Assembly (NCBI GenBank): GCA_965140585.1
Contig: OZ223264.1
Location: 416,001-480,000 of the forward strand
DNA length: 64,000 nt
Direction: 5' to 3'
Source of the DNA: Spirochaetia bacterium
GTDB taxonomy: Bacteria; Spirochaetota; Spirochaetia; UBA9216
Position 1 is the first letter of the stretch. Each line of letters starts with the position of its first letter. The notes beneath the pieces are model-generated. The model saw only the letters and a program-made list of their open reading frames with translations, was not told the DNA's origin and did not search any database. Made by a program: the position numbers and the translations under genes. Of this stretch, positions 9,081 to 18,806 are shown piece after piece.

Positions 9081-10109
9081 ATGAAAAAGTTATCGGCTAT
9101 AGTAATTTTAATTTTTCTGAATGTATTTCCGCTTTTGGCTACATGGTCAATAGTTGCAGTAGATCCGCAAACCGGGGAGGTCGGATCTGCAGGTGCTTCA
9201 TATACACCCTCAGTATGGCCTATTCTTGGAATTTATGGAGGGCATGGAGTTGTTGTAGCTCAGGCTGCAGGCAATGATGCTGCACGGATTAAGGCGGTTA
9301 AAATGCTTGGGAAGGATTATTCTGCAGCACAGATTCTGGATGTAATAACTGCTCCAGATTATAACAGCGGCAGGGTTAATCAGCAGTTCGGTATAGCCTC
9401 TTTGAGTGGAGGTACTGCAGCTTTCACTGGTGATAATTGTACTTCCTGGGCTGGAAGCCTTGGAAGTGATTTTGTAATGGTTCAGGGCAATATTCTTGTT
9501 AGTGAGAATGTGGTTGCGGACAGTCTTGCCGCCTATGAAAAAGCCCGAGCCGACGGTTTTATTCTGGCTGATGCTCTTGTTGAAGCTCTGGCAGCCGGGG
9601 CGTCTGCCGGAGGGGATCGTAGGGCGGGTGATCCGGAAATAGCCGCGATGTCTGCCTATCTGGCCGTAGCCTTGCCCGGAGATAAACCTAATCATGCTTC
9701 TTCAGGGATACTTGTACCGCCTCTTAAAGACGGAGGAAACCCGGTAACAGAGCTTAAACGCCTGTACGAAGCAGATGAAATTGGAAGAAATCTGTTTTTC
9801 CCCTCCATGAATCTGATGATTTTACTGCTTCTCGCCGTTCCTGCAGTTTTTGGATTATCAGGTTTTCTTCTGCTTGAAAGGATGCACAAAAAGAATACAG
9901 TATCAAAGCTCCTTGTGTGGCTGGGCGCCATATTCATTTCTGCTGTTATCCAGCAGATTCTTATTCTTCTGTTTAAATCACTCGGCTGGGCTCTTCCTGT
10001 ATACGGATTTTTTACCTGGATGCTTCCGGCAATGCTTGTAGTGTTTCTTGCTGTGCTGATTCTGCTGATAATATTAATACATGCTGTTTACCGAAAAATA
10101 ATGGGATAA
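9081..10109 (+). CDS. DUF1028 (Ntn-hydrolase-like) protein with signal peptide and C-terminal TM helices
   Basis: TWSIVAVDPQTGEVG, QQFG, AAFTG, VQGNIL and GGDRR motifs. Confidence 0.82.
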   Translation: MKKLSAIVILIFLNVFPLLATWSIVAVDPQTGEVGSAGASYTPSVWPILGIYGGHGVVVAQAAGNDAARIKAVKMLGKDYSAAQILDVITAPDYNSGRVNQQFGIASLSGGTAAFTGDNCTSWAGSLGSDFVMVQGNILVSENVVADSLAAYEKARADGFILADALVEALAAGASAGGDRRAGDPEIAAMSAYLAVALPGDKPNHASSGILVPPLKDGGNPVTELKRLYEADEIGRNLFFPSMNLMILLLLAVPAVFGLSGFLLLERMHKKNTVSKLLVWLGAIFISAVIQQILILLFKSLGWALPVYGFFTWMLPAMLVVFLAVLILLIILIHAVYRKIMG

Positions 10110-10249
10110 TTAATTTCGATTTTGTCTGCATGAGTTTTCTCAAGTGCTACTAATTTTCATGTTCACAGTGGTTAGGCATGAAATGAAATTGAGACAAGAC
10201 TCTTCTAAGTCCAATCAGGATTTTTGCGGTACCGACCGGCGTTCATGCC

Positions 10250-10966
10250 CTTCAGGGCGGGGCAGCTTTGGTTAATGTGCACGGCATGTTTGACCGGGAT
10301 AAATACGACGGGCAGCATATTGCCTGAGACGGGAATGTACTTCACAACCAGCATAATCTTTCACAAATGGCTGATGCAATTCATTTCTATGGCGAAAAGG
10401 TTTCCATGGAAATTCTCGGTGAAAACAGGGAAGGCTACTATGATGTTTTTGAGAGCCTCGCAGGTTTTGCATCTTCGACTCCTTCGAAAGAGATGACTCC
10501 TGAGATTATGAATGAAATTGCGGAAAGTTATGCCGATACCGCGGCTACTGCCCAGCGCTGCGGTTTTGATATATTTATGATTCATATGGCCTATTCTTCA
10601 CCGGGGCCGACACGATTTATTTCTCCACACTTTAATAAAAGAACAGACGAATAAGGTGGACCAATTGAGAACCGCCTTAAATTTCCTATAATGGTTTTCG
10701 ACTGTATCAAGGTTGAGGATACTATTGTGATGTCTAAAATCCTTGAAAGGCATATTGATATGCTGCATTTTCACGGCGGCGAGGTGTGGTCTGCCCCTCC
10801 GACATGTTTTGCCGGCTTCGCTTCCTTTGTTCTTGTTGCCGAGCAGATCAAGAAAGCAGGTTCGCCCATTCCGATTGTAGCAATAGGCTGAATTCAGGAC
10901 CTTGATGAAATAGAAGAAATTCTTTCTACCGGTAAGGTTGATATTGTCTCGATGGGTCGGGGATGA
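10250..10966 (+). pseudogene. Decayed NADH:flavin oxidoreductase (Old Yellow Enzyme-like)
   Basis: One frame reads GGAALV...IA*DG...LSQMADAIHFYG...AQRCGFD...IHMAY...FISPHFNKRTDE*GGPIENRLKF...PIVAIG*IQD...GKVDIVSMGRG*; several in-frame stops, no intact start. Confidence 0.8.
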
Positions 10967-11230
10967 ACTTCTACCAGACCGCGATAAAGGTTTTAATGAT
11001 CGGCGACTGTCAAAAGATTGGCAACGTATCCTCTGCAATCCGTTCAGCCGACGCGACAGCTTCGCAGATTTAGATTGGGCTTGATGGGTTTTTCAGCAAG
11101 CCCTACTTAAATAGTCAGTTAAATATTAAACAGCAGATTGGGAGAAGGTGGTACGTTTTGAGGCCTTGGTTTTTATACGGTATATGAATTCAGTGTATTA
11201 AATTAAACTTTACAGCATAGTGTAAGAAAT

Positions 11231-11265
11231 AAAAAGGGCTGCAGTTTAATTGCTGCAAGCCCTTT
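11231..11265 (-). terminator. Intrinsic terminator of the transporter-ridA-malY-DUF169 operon
   Basis: Minus strand AAAGGGCTTGCAG...CTGCAGCCCTTTTT just after the DUF169 stop. Confidence 0.65.
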
Positions 11266-11277
11266 CAGAGTTAATGA

Positions 11278-12048
11278 TTAGTGCAGATGACACTCGCAGT
11301 CCATTTCTGCTGCCATGGTCTGCCAGTTCTGCATTCTATTTTTTAATTCCATACGGCTTTCGCTGTCTTCTCTGAAAGCAATGGTTGTCCAGTTCATTTC
11401 TCCCAATGCGGTTGCAATTTCGTCGATTTTATTAAACGGAATTGAAATCATTCGTAATCCTTCAGGAAAGGCTTTTCTTCGCCTTAATCCATGATAAAAA
11501 CCGGTTGTCATATGATTGACTTTTCCTGATATCAGAGGATAGGCATACATCCAGCTGCAGCTGATTGCCGGAGTTGAGACTGATTCCCAGAGATCCCCTG
11601 AGATATAGCATGAAGCACGCATAATAATATCCGCTTTTTTGATATCTGCGAAAATGATTATCAAATCGGGATCAAAGCTGCAGTTTTTTACCTGAGAAAA
11701 AGCTACATAGTTTATTGCTCCGGGAACAAGAACCGGCAGATGCTGATACACCTTCATCATGGCAGAAGCGGTTTTGTAAAGTTCAAAATCAAGTCCTGCC
11801 TGACCGGAAGCAGTAACCGGCGGTTTAGGTATCATGCCGAGAGACATTTTTCCGTAGCATGCATCATTATCTTTATCAATATAAAAAGTCTCTTCAGAGG
11901 TTTGAGCTTCTTTTACATATTGGCAGAAAGCTAGATTTTCATTGTGCTTTTTTATTCCCTCTGGCTTTGTAGGCAGGTATTTAACAGCTACCGCAGGTAT
12001 GTTCAGCTCAAGCCGGGCAAAGATTTCTTTTGTGCGTTCGTTTAACAT
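11278..12048 (-). CDS. DUF169 domain protein
   Basis: AVAVKY, FCQYVKEA, ACYG, FDPDLIII and CSWMYAYP pattern typical of DUF169. Confidence 0.75.
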   Translation of the reverse strand: MLNERTKEIFARLELNIPAVAVKYLPTKPEGIKKHNENLAFCQYVKEAQTSEETFYIDKDNDACYGKMSLGMIPKPPVTASGQAGLDFELYKTASAMMKVYQHLPVLVPGAINYVAFSQVKNCSFDPDLIIIFADIKKADIIMRASCYISGDLWESVSTPAISCSWMYAYPLISGKVNHMTTGFYHGLRRRKAFPEGLRMISIPFNKIDEIATALGEMNWTTIAFREDSESRMELKNRMQNWQTMAAEMDCECHLH

Positions 12049-12052
12049 TATA

Positions 12053-13249
12053 TTATCCTGCCGATTTTATTTTAAGTAATGTTTTTCTAAGCCGTTCAAT
12101 TGCTGCATATATATATTTTGTCGGGCATGCCAGGTTCCATCTTTCGAATCTCTCACCCTGTTCACCAAATATAAAGCCGTCATCAAAAAAGAGATTTGCC
12201 TCCTCTTTCAACAGTCGGGCCAGTTTCCGTGATTCGATGCCGAGTGCCCTGAAGTCCATCCACAGAAGATAAGTTCCCTCGAGTTTGTATACTTTAATTT
12301 CGGGAAATTCCTGAGAAAAAAAGCTGCTTATTATTTCTCGATTAGTATCAATCAGCGTTAAAACCTGTTCAAGCCAATCTTCACAATTCTCATAGGCTAA
12401 ACGGCATGCTTCCATTCCCAGTGTAGTGCATTTGGGATTTCCTTCTGTTGTCATTACTTCCTGCCAGTAAGTATCACGAATCTTTTCATTCGGAATAATC
12501 AGATTGGCTGTCTGCAGTCCGGCAAGATTGAAGGTTTTACTAGGGGCCGTGCAGGTGATGGAATTCATTGCAAATTCCTCACAAATGGAAGCAAATACTG
12601 TGTGCCGGAAACCGGGCATGATTATATCGTTATGAACTTCATCGGCAACAACAATAACGTCGTTTTCCAGACAGATACGGCCAATTTTGGTTAATTCATC
12701 TATAGTCCAAACTCTACCTGTAGGATTATGCGGACTGCATAATATCAGTATTTTAGTATCAGGATCAGACGCCTTTTTTTCAAAATCGATGAAATCGATT
12801 TCATAGGTGTTCTCTTTTTGTATGAGTTTGGTATCCACAAGTCTGCGATTGTTCCGCTTAATTGCATAATACATCGGGTAGTATACTGGGGTCATAAGCA
12901 TTACCCCTTCACTTTCTTTTGAAAAGGCTTTAACAGCAGTGAAAAAGGCATTAATTACGCCGTGTGAATCTTTCAGCCATGCTGTATCTATTTCCCAGCC
13001 ATGTCTTCTATGCATCCAGTCTTTTACTGCATTCTTATACTCCCCGGTAGCATGTCCATAACCAAGTACAGTTGAATCGAGGTACTTTTTTAATCCAGAT
13101 ATAATTTCCGGTGGATTCAGAATTTCCATATCTGCAAGTGAAAAGGGGATGATATCATTCTGAAGAGTTTTAACGGTTTTCATTTCATCCCATTTTGAGC
13201 TTCCGGTATTAAATCGTTCAATTACAGTTTCAAAATCATATTGCTTCAT
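12053..13249 (-). CDS. MalY/PatB family PLP-dependent C-S (beta) lyase
   Basis: SSKWD, ADME, LCSPHNPTGRVW, DEVH, APSKTFNLAG and EGTYLLWMD motifs; TAATG coupling to ridA. Confidence 0.92.
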   Translation of the reverse strand: MKQYDFETVIERFNTGSSKWDEMKTVKTLQNDIIPFSLADMEILNPPEIISGLKKYLDSTVLGYGHATGEYKNAVKDWMHRRHGWEIDTAWLKDSHGVINAFFTAVKAFSKESEGVMLMTPVYYPMYYAIKRNNRRLVDTKLIQKENTYEIDFIDFEKKASDPDTKILILCSPHNPTGRVWTIDELTKIGRICLENDVIVVADEVHNDIIMPGFRHTVFASICEEFAMNSITCTAPSKTFNLAGLQTANLIIPNEKIRDTYWQEVMTTEGNPKCTTLGMEACRLAYENCEDWLEQVLTLIDTNREIISSFFSQEFPEIKVYKLEGTYLLWMDFRALGIESRKLARLLKEEANLFFDDGFIFGEQGERFERWNLACPTKYIYAAIERLRKTLLKIKSAG

Positions 13250-13629
13250 TAATTTTTCCATGCTATAGCTTCTATTTCTACAAGTACATCCTTCGGCAGA
13301 CGGGATACTTCCACTGCTGAGCGCGCCGGAAATATTGTGTTTTTAAAAAAATCCATATAAACGCTGTTCATTTCTGCAAAGTTCTTCATGTCACTTAAAA
13401 AGACAGTGGTTTTACAGATGTCGCTAATTTCGGCGCCTGCACTCTCAACGACGTTTTTTAAATTATTTAATGACAGCTTTGTCTGCCCGATAATACCTTC
13501 CGGTATTTCACTGCTTTCAGGATTTACAGGCAATGAGCCGGACACGAATATCAAATTCCCTATTCCGACAGCCTGTGAATAAGGACCAATTGCTGCTGGT
13601 GCCTTTTCTGTCTCAATTTTATACTTCAT
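13249..13629 (-). CDS. ridA: RidA family enamine/imine deaminase
   Basis: APAAIGPYSQA, KTTVFLSDM, FPARSAVEV and VEIEAIA motifs. Confidence 0.92.
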   Translation of the reverse strand: MKYKIETEKAPAAIGPYSQAVGIGNLIFVSGSLPVNPESSEIPEGIIGQTKLSLNNLKNVVESAGAEISDICKTTVFLSDMKNFAEMNSVYMDFFKNTIFPARSAVEVSRLPKDVLVEIEAIAWKN

Positions 13630-13694
13630 TTTCTGGCATCTCCATATTAAGATCAGGCGGATATTTAATTGAATCCGCCCTTTGTAGTTGATAT

Positions 13695-15107
13695 TTATTC
13701 TGCGACGATAATACCGTCGGCAGCTAGTTCTTCATCAGTTTCGTGTTTTCTTCCCCATCCTGACAGGATTGCAAACCAGTACACTACGACAAGAGCCATA
13801 CTGTAAAAATTAAAGTATACAAAGTCAAAAGGGCTGAATCCTTCCGCTACAGATCCGCTGGCGACAGCCAGAGATGCAAGAACCATACATCCCACATTTG
13901 TAGGAACCAGGTATCCGACACCGCATCCGAGACCGTCCAGGAAATTAGCTGCTCTTGCTCTGTCTATTCTGAATGGACGCATGAGGCTTCGGATGATTGG
14001 GCCGCAGAATGTTATTGCAGAGGTTCCACTGCTTATGGCTATACTCATTACGCTTACCATAGCTCCTGATGCAATTTCTGCGGTTTTCTCTGACTTCGCA
14101 TATTTGCGCATACCATTTAGAAGTGCATCTAATACTCCCGCATCTCTTATCAGACTGACTACAATAAAGATGAACAGAATAAATATGATGGAACCGGTCA
14201 TTCCGCTGAACCCTGAGGCTATCAGACCGTCTCTTGCAACAAGTTCTGAAAAGCTTGTGTATCCGAACGCAAAGAGCATAGCTACTCCGAGCAGTTCAGC
14301 TATTATCAATGCTGTAAAAAAGTTTGCTTTATTCAGCATCAACACAATAATCAGTACAGGAATAACTAAAAAGACAAGACTTGATGCATATGTAGAATCA
14401 GCAGTTATACTCTGTACAACTGAAGAATCGACGGTTTGCATTCCGACAAACAGGAAAATCAGGGCTGCAGCGGCTCCGCCGATGAGTGAATATTTTAATC
14501 TTGATTTTACAACTTTTATAACACTTACTTCCTGTGTCAGAGAGGAAGCTATTGTTGTATCCGAAACAGGGGCAAGGTTGTCTCCAAAAGCCGCTCCGGA
14601 CAGGATTGCTCCGCAGACTACGCCTGGGTGTCCTCCCATTGCGGTAGCCATGGGAACCATTATCGGTGTCAGAGTGCCTACTGAACTCGCCGCGCTTCCT
14701 GTTGAGGTTGACAGGAGTGCACTGATGAAAAAGCAAATCAAAGGTACGAGACCTGGTGAGAGATTGATCTTGGATGCGGCCCATAGCATTCCCTGTACTA
14801 CATGGGAAGCAGAGAGAATCTTTGAAAGCACACCTGCTAACAGGAATATTAAAAGCATTATCCCGAAAATCTTGTCCCTTACACCGGAGATGATGGCTTC
14901 CTGAAATTTCTTTTTATCTTTATATACAAAAAAGCCTACAATCATTGCAAGGAAACCCGCACTCCAGAAATTGCTTGTTGAGCGCATGCCGTTTACTGCA
15001 AGTATTATCATGGTCAGGATCATTACCAGAAGAGGCATTATTCCTCCAAACAGGCCTCCGTATGTTTCGGCAACCTTATGCTGAGGTTTTGTTTTCACAG
15101 CGGACAT
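13695..15107 (-). CDS. NhaC-family transporter (probable amino-acid carrier)
   Basis: STGSA and GAILSGAAFGDNLAPVSDTTIASS signature; about 12 TM segments. Confidence 0.88.
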   Translation of the reverse strand: MSAVKTKPQHKVAETYGGLFGGIMPLLVMILTMIILAVNGMRSTSNFWSAGFLAMIVGFFVYKDKKKFQEAIISGVRDKIFGIMLLIFLLAGVLSKILSASHVVQGMLWAASKINLSPGLVPLICFFISALLSTSTGSAASSVGTLTPIMVPMATAMGGHPGVVCGAILSGAAFGDNLAPVSDTTIASSLTQEVSVIKVVKSRLKYSLIGGAAAALIFLFVGMQTVDSSVVQSITADSTYASSLVFLVIPVLIIVLMLNKANFFTALIIAELLGVAMLFAFGYTSFSELVARDGLIASGFSGMTGSIIFILFIFIVVSLIRDAGVLDALLNGMRKYAKSEKTAEIASGAMVSVMSIAISSGTSAITFCGPIIRSLMRPFRIDRARAANFLDGLGCGVGYLVPTNVGCMVLASLAVASGSVAEGFSPFDFVYFNFYSMALVVVYWFAILSGWGRKHETDEELAADGIIVAE

Positions 15108-15186
15108 AATTTATATTTCTCCTTAGTTTATTTTAATCTAAAACACTGAAACTGCAGCTGTTAAATCGAGTACTCGGATTTATAAA

Positions 15187-15202
15187 TGCAAATTTCATGC
15201 CA
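15187..15202 (-). promoter_or_regulatory. Sigma-54 (-24/-12) promoter
   Basis: Minus strand TGGCAT-GAAAT-TTGCA, about 80 nt upstream of the transporter ATG, next to a divergent bEBP gene. Confidence 0.85.
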
Positions 15203-15314
15203 TACTTAAAAACTAAGAAAATCTGTCTTGTATTCTGTATTTTTCAGTATTTATGGGATTATTGGGATTATATGGATCCTGTAAATCCATTAAGATAATA
15301 GTTCGGAGAAGGTT

Positions 15315-17363
15315 ATGAAAGAGATTGCAATTCTAACATATTCGATTGATGCCGCTGATTTATATTTTAATATATTGACCGATGTCCTGCAGAATGTTGT
15401 AAAAATTAGAAAATACAGTGTTGAGGAAGATAATATAAACAATCCAATTAATGCTGATCTTGCCATATTATCTGCCTTTGAATTATTTGACTTAACTAAA
15501 AAATATATATCTAAAGATGTTCAGATCATGATTCCAAACCTTACAATAAAGAAAGCGAGTTTTACACAAATTCAGAAACTTCCTCAAGGGACACAGGCCT
15601 TGATTGTGAATGCAACTTTCGGGATGGCTGTTGAGTGTGTGGAACAGATCTACCGATTTGGAGCCCGGCATATAGAATTGGTGCCATATTCCCCATACCT
15701 TGATAATGTGAAAGACATTGATCTTGCGATCACCCCTGGCGAGAATCAGTACATTCCCAAATGGGTTGATAAGGTTATTGATATCGGAAAAAGAGTTTTT
15801 GATATCAGCACTATTGTAAATATATTGATTTACTTAAATAAAGAAGAACTTTTTATCACTGAAAAAATGAAAGAATATTGCAGCCAGATAATGCCTCAGA
15901 ACTATATGCCCCAGACTGATCACAGGCTTAACCCTTTCAGTATGAATGATTTTTTTATATCTAATTACAGATTCGGCATTATCGGGTTTAGTCCGGGCGG
16001 TATGATTCTTAACTTCAACAATGCTGCAGAGAAGATTCTCGGATATCGAAAAGAAGCTGTGATCGGAGAGAATATAATGACTTTATTTTCAGATCCCCAG
16101 CTGAAAGAAACCATAAGAGACCTTAAGCCGCAGAGAAAAAAGCAGATAAACCTCAATGGTCAGGATCTTCTTGTTGATATAAATATCGGGTATGTCAGTT
16201 CCACTAAAATATGTTATATGACTCTGGAACGCATGCATCAGAATGCTGTGGGTATTCCTTCCGCAAAAAATCAGATAGCAGGGAAGGGATATACTGCAAA
16301 GTATTTTTTCAGTGATATTGTTACGGGAAATGAAGAGATGCAGAAGCTGAAAAAAATCGGAGCTCAGAATGCAGCCTCGGATTCTTCTGTACTGCTGATA
16401 GGAGAAAGCGGAACAGGCAAGGAGCTCTTTGCACAGGCCATTCATAATGAATCTGCAAGAAGAAATGCACCCTTTGTTGCTATAAACTGTGCGGCTGTTG
16501 CTGAAAGCCTGCTTGAAAGTGAACTGTTCGGGTATGATGAAGGGGCATTTACTGGTGCAAAACGCGGAGGAAAAAAGGGTTTATTTGAACTTGCACATAC
16601 AGGAACTATCTTTTTAGATGAGATTGGAGAAATGCCTGCACATCTTCAAGCCAGACTGTTAAGGGTCCTGCAGGAGAAAGAGGTTACTCATGTAGGAGGT
16701 AATCAGGTAATCAGTATTGATATACGAGTAATTGCTGCTACAAACTGCAATGTTCTGGAACTGATAAAAGAAAATAAGTTTAGAAAAGATCTGTATTACC
16801 GGCTCAATGTCATTACCTTAAAACTGCCGGCTCTCAGAGCCAGGAGAAATGATATCTCTCTTCTAATTGAAGAGTTTAAAAAACAATTTAAAGTGGATTT
16901 TAAAATTGATCTCGATGCTTTTGAAAAGTTATACAACCATGAATGGGATGGAAATATAAGAGAACTTCACAACTATATAGAATATTTTAAAAATCTGAGA
17001 AAACCCCGTATTACGATTAATGATATTCCTTTTCTACAGATCAATAATCCGGATTCTTCCTTCAGTTATGATGAAAATGTTGAGAGTATAAAAAATGCTA
17101 AGAAAACAGATGAAAAAGCTCATACCGAGGTTTTATCCATACTTGAAATCCTTTATAAGTCAGCTGAAGAAAATAGGACCGCAGGCCGGCGTTATATAGC
17201 GGAAATGTCCAGGAAAAGAAACGAATTTTTATCTGAAATCAGGATACGATCTCTGCTTGAAAAGATGCAGGAGCAGGGGCTTGTGAAAATACTTAAAGGA
17301 CGGGGTGGAACTAAGCTCACATCACAGGGTCTTGAGTTTTTAAAGAAATATACAAACGTTTAA
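15315..17363 (+). CDS. Sigma-54-dependent transcriptional activator (PAS, AAA+, C-terminal winged HTH)
   Basis: [39 protein letters not shown] and WDGNIREL motifs. Confidence 0.95.
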   Translation: MKEIAILTYSIDAADLYFNILTDVLQNVVKIRKYSVEEDNINNPINADLAILSAFELFDLTKKYISKDVQIMIPNLTIKKASFTQIQKLPQGTQALIVNATFGMAVECVEQIYRFGARHIELVPYSPYLDNVKDIDLAITPGENQYIPKWVDKVIDIGKRVFDISTIVNILIYLNKEELFITEKMKEYCSQIMPQNYMPQTDHRLNPFSMNDFFISNYRFGIIGFSPGGMILNFNNAAEKILGYRKEAVIGENIMTLFSDPQLKETIRDLKPQRKKQINLNGQDLLVDINIGYVSSTKICYMTLERMHQNAVGIPSAKNQIAGKGYTAKYFFSDIVTGNEEMQKLKKIGAQNAASDSSVLLIGESGTGKELFAQAIHNESARRNAPFVAINCAAVAESLLESELFGYDEGAFTGAKRGGKKGLFELAHTGTIFLDEIGEMPAHLQARLLRVLQEKEVTHVGGNQVISIDIRVIAATNCNVLELIKENKFRKDLYYRLNVITLKLPALRARRNDISLLIEEFKKQFKVDFKIDLDAFEKLYNHEWDGNIRELHNYIEYFKNLRKPRITINDIPFLQINNPDSSFSYDENVESIKNAKKTDEKAHTEVLSILEILYKSAEENRTAGRRYIAEMSRKRNEFLSEIRIRSLLEKMQEQGLVKILKGRGGTKLTSQGLEFLKKYTNV

Positions 17364-17388
17364 ACAAATTCCGATCTGATACAAAATC

Positions 17389-17912
17389 CTAATCAGTAAA
17401 ACAGACAAAGAATTCTGCACCATCCTGTGTTTGTAAGGTTAGTGCAGACCATTTAATAGAAGTCCCGTCTTCTTCGGTAACAGGATCCATAGGAGCTATG
17501 TTAATTAGTGCTCCATACTGAGGGATTTGATTCTCAGAATCCCATCCGACAACAATATGGTAATCAGTTGCAGTTTTAATATGCCCTTTTCTTAATCATA
17601 CGGATCAGCCGATAAAATAACCTGAAGGCCTCCCTGTTCAGCAGGTAAGTAGTACCATCCTTCTTCTTCCGCATTATACTGAACAAAACGAAGGGCCAAT
17701 GCCTGTTTGTAACCGGCTTCGGAGGCTGTCGGGGCTCCTTCTCCCAATGAGGTCTCCAGAATATTGCTGCTGACATTTTCATCATAATTAAGTTCAATCA
17801 CTATATCTCCCCAGCTTCCGTACTGGTGTTGCTGGCGGGCGCTGATGGTTTCTGCGCAGGCTGATGAAGCTATAAGGATAAGAAGAAGTATGGCTATTAT
17901 TCGAATTTTCAT
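17389..17912 (-). pseudogene. Exported hypothetical protein, probably interrupted
   Basis: A signal-peptide ORF stops at 17592. A shifted frame stays open (IKTATDYHIVVGWD...FFVCFTD*) to 17389. Confidence 0.5.
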
Positions 17913-17981
17913 TGTAATTCCTTAATTTATTGTTTACAGAGCATTATTATATTTTTTTATTAATGCTGTTAAGCTGTTCAT

Positions 17982-18419
17982 CTATTCAATAATCCCATCA
18001 ACTATCCCTATTGCATCAGCAATATAGCCGTGACATTGTTCGACCATATTCTCAGATTTAAACCGCTGCTGGCCTTCATCGCTTAAGAGGTTGCAGCCGT
18101 CAAGAAGTTTCCTGCAGATTATGGTGTTGTTTTTTTCTTCAAAATTCGAAATCAGTTCTCTTATCTTCAGGTAGTTTACTTCCTGTTGTGGCTTTTCATC
18201 TTCGCAGCCTCTGCCGCAGATCATATTAAGCGCAAGTATCCCTCCGGATACCGCACCGCAGATATTCTGGGTCCTGCCCATACCTGATCCGAATCCGGTC
18301 GCTATTTTCAGGGACTGATCTTCGGTCAAGCCTGTATACTCACGAAGGCTGAACAGTACAGACTGCGCGCAGTTGTAACCTTCTTTAAACTTGTTTATTC
18401 CAATTTCTTTTAGATCCAC
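17982..18419 (-). CDS. C-GCAxxG-C-C family redox protein
   Basis: FKEGYNCAQSV, GFGSGMG, ICGAVSG, ICRKLL and a terminal Cys; GTG start after GGAG. Confidence 0.88.
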   Translation of the reverse strand: MDLKEIGINKFKEGYNCAQSVLFSLREYTGLTEDQSLKIATGFGSGMGRTQNICGAVSGGILALNMICGRGCEDEKPQQEVNYLKIRELISNFEEKNNTIICRKLLDGCNLLSDEGQQRFKSENMVEQCHGYIADAIGIVDGIIE

Positions 18420-18539
18420 TTCTTCATACTCCGTTTTTATAATATTAAAACCATAATAAGGCATAGTTAACACAAACGTCTACAATATACCTTCAAAGAC
18501 ACTCAGAGCTTGCTACCTCCAATCCCTAATCTGTGCAAA

Positions 18540-18577
18540 TCTCTGCCCTGCGCATACCATATACACATCCGTGGCCA
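18540..18577 (-). repeat. Right copy of the 38-bp inverted repeat (partner at 5776-5813)
   Basis: Reverse complement is TGGCCACGGATGTGTATATGGTATGCGCAGGGCAGAGA. Confidence 0.85.
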
Positions 18578-18624
18578 GCCCCTCCCATAGTAACCTTACT
18601 GTCCCGTGGTCAAAATTTTCTCTA

Positions 18625-18652
18625 TTGACTAAACTCCCGCCGCAGATATAAT
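18625..18652 (+). promoter_or_regulatory. Sigma-70 promoter of the pheST leader
   Basis: TTGACT-N16-TATAAT. Confidence 0.65.
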
Positions 18653-18662
18653 GGAGATAAAC

Positions 18663-18752
18663 ATGGATAATCGGAAAACCACTTACAGCTTTTTTTACTT
18701 TTTTAGCTTTAGCAACTCAGCCAATGAGGGGCACCGGTTATCTCTGCAATAG
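18663..18752 (+). CDS. Phe-rich leader peptide (PheM-like), 29 aa
   Basis: MDNRKTTYSFFYFFSFSNSANEGHRLSLQ*; GGAGA SD; five TTT codons within seven codons, directly upstream of a terminator and pheS. Confidence 0.82.
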   Translation: MDNRKTTYSFFYFFSFSNSANEGHRLSLQ

Positions 18753-18769
18753 AAACAACAGGGTATGAC

Positions 18770-18806
18770 AGCGGGTTCCTCGAACAGGGGAATCCGCTTT
18801 TTTTTT
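18770..18806 (+). terminator. Attenuator terminator in the pheST leader
   Basis: AGCGGGTTCCTC-gaaca-GGGGAATCCGCT stem followed by a T run. Confidence 0.88.

Noticed and set aside
10250-10966. Selenocysteine or stop-codon read-through in the flavin oxidoreductase
   Set aside because: The stops are a mix of TAA and TGA at non-Cys positions, segments are missing, and TGA is a normal stop elsewhere in the window.
5993-11100. Integron cassette array or CRISPR array in the accessory region
   Set aside because: No repeated attC-like sites, regularly spaced repeats, integrase or cas genes were seen.
13656-13683. Hairpin GGCGGAT...ATCCGCC between the transporter and ridA as a terminator
   Set aside because: No T tail on the coding (minus) strand; at most an mRNA-stabilising stem.
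13981-14904. 307-aa plus-strand ORF, and the many other antisense or nested ORFs in the track (e.g. 46811-47620, 21315-21968)
   Set aside because: They are shadows of well-supported genes on the opposite strand or frame and show no motifs.
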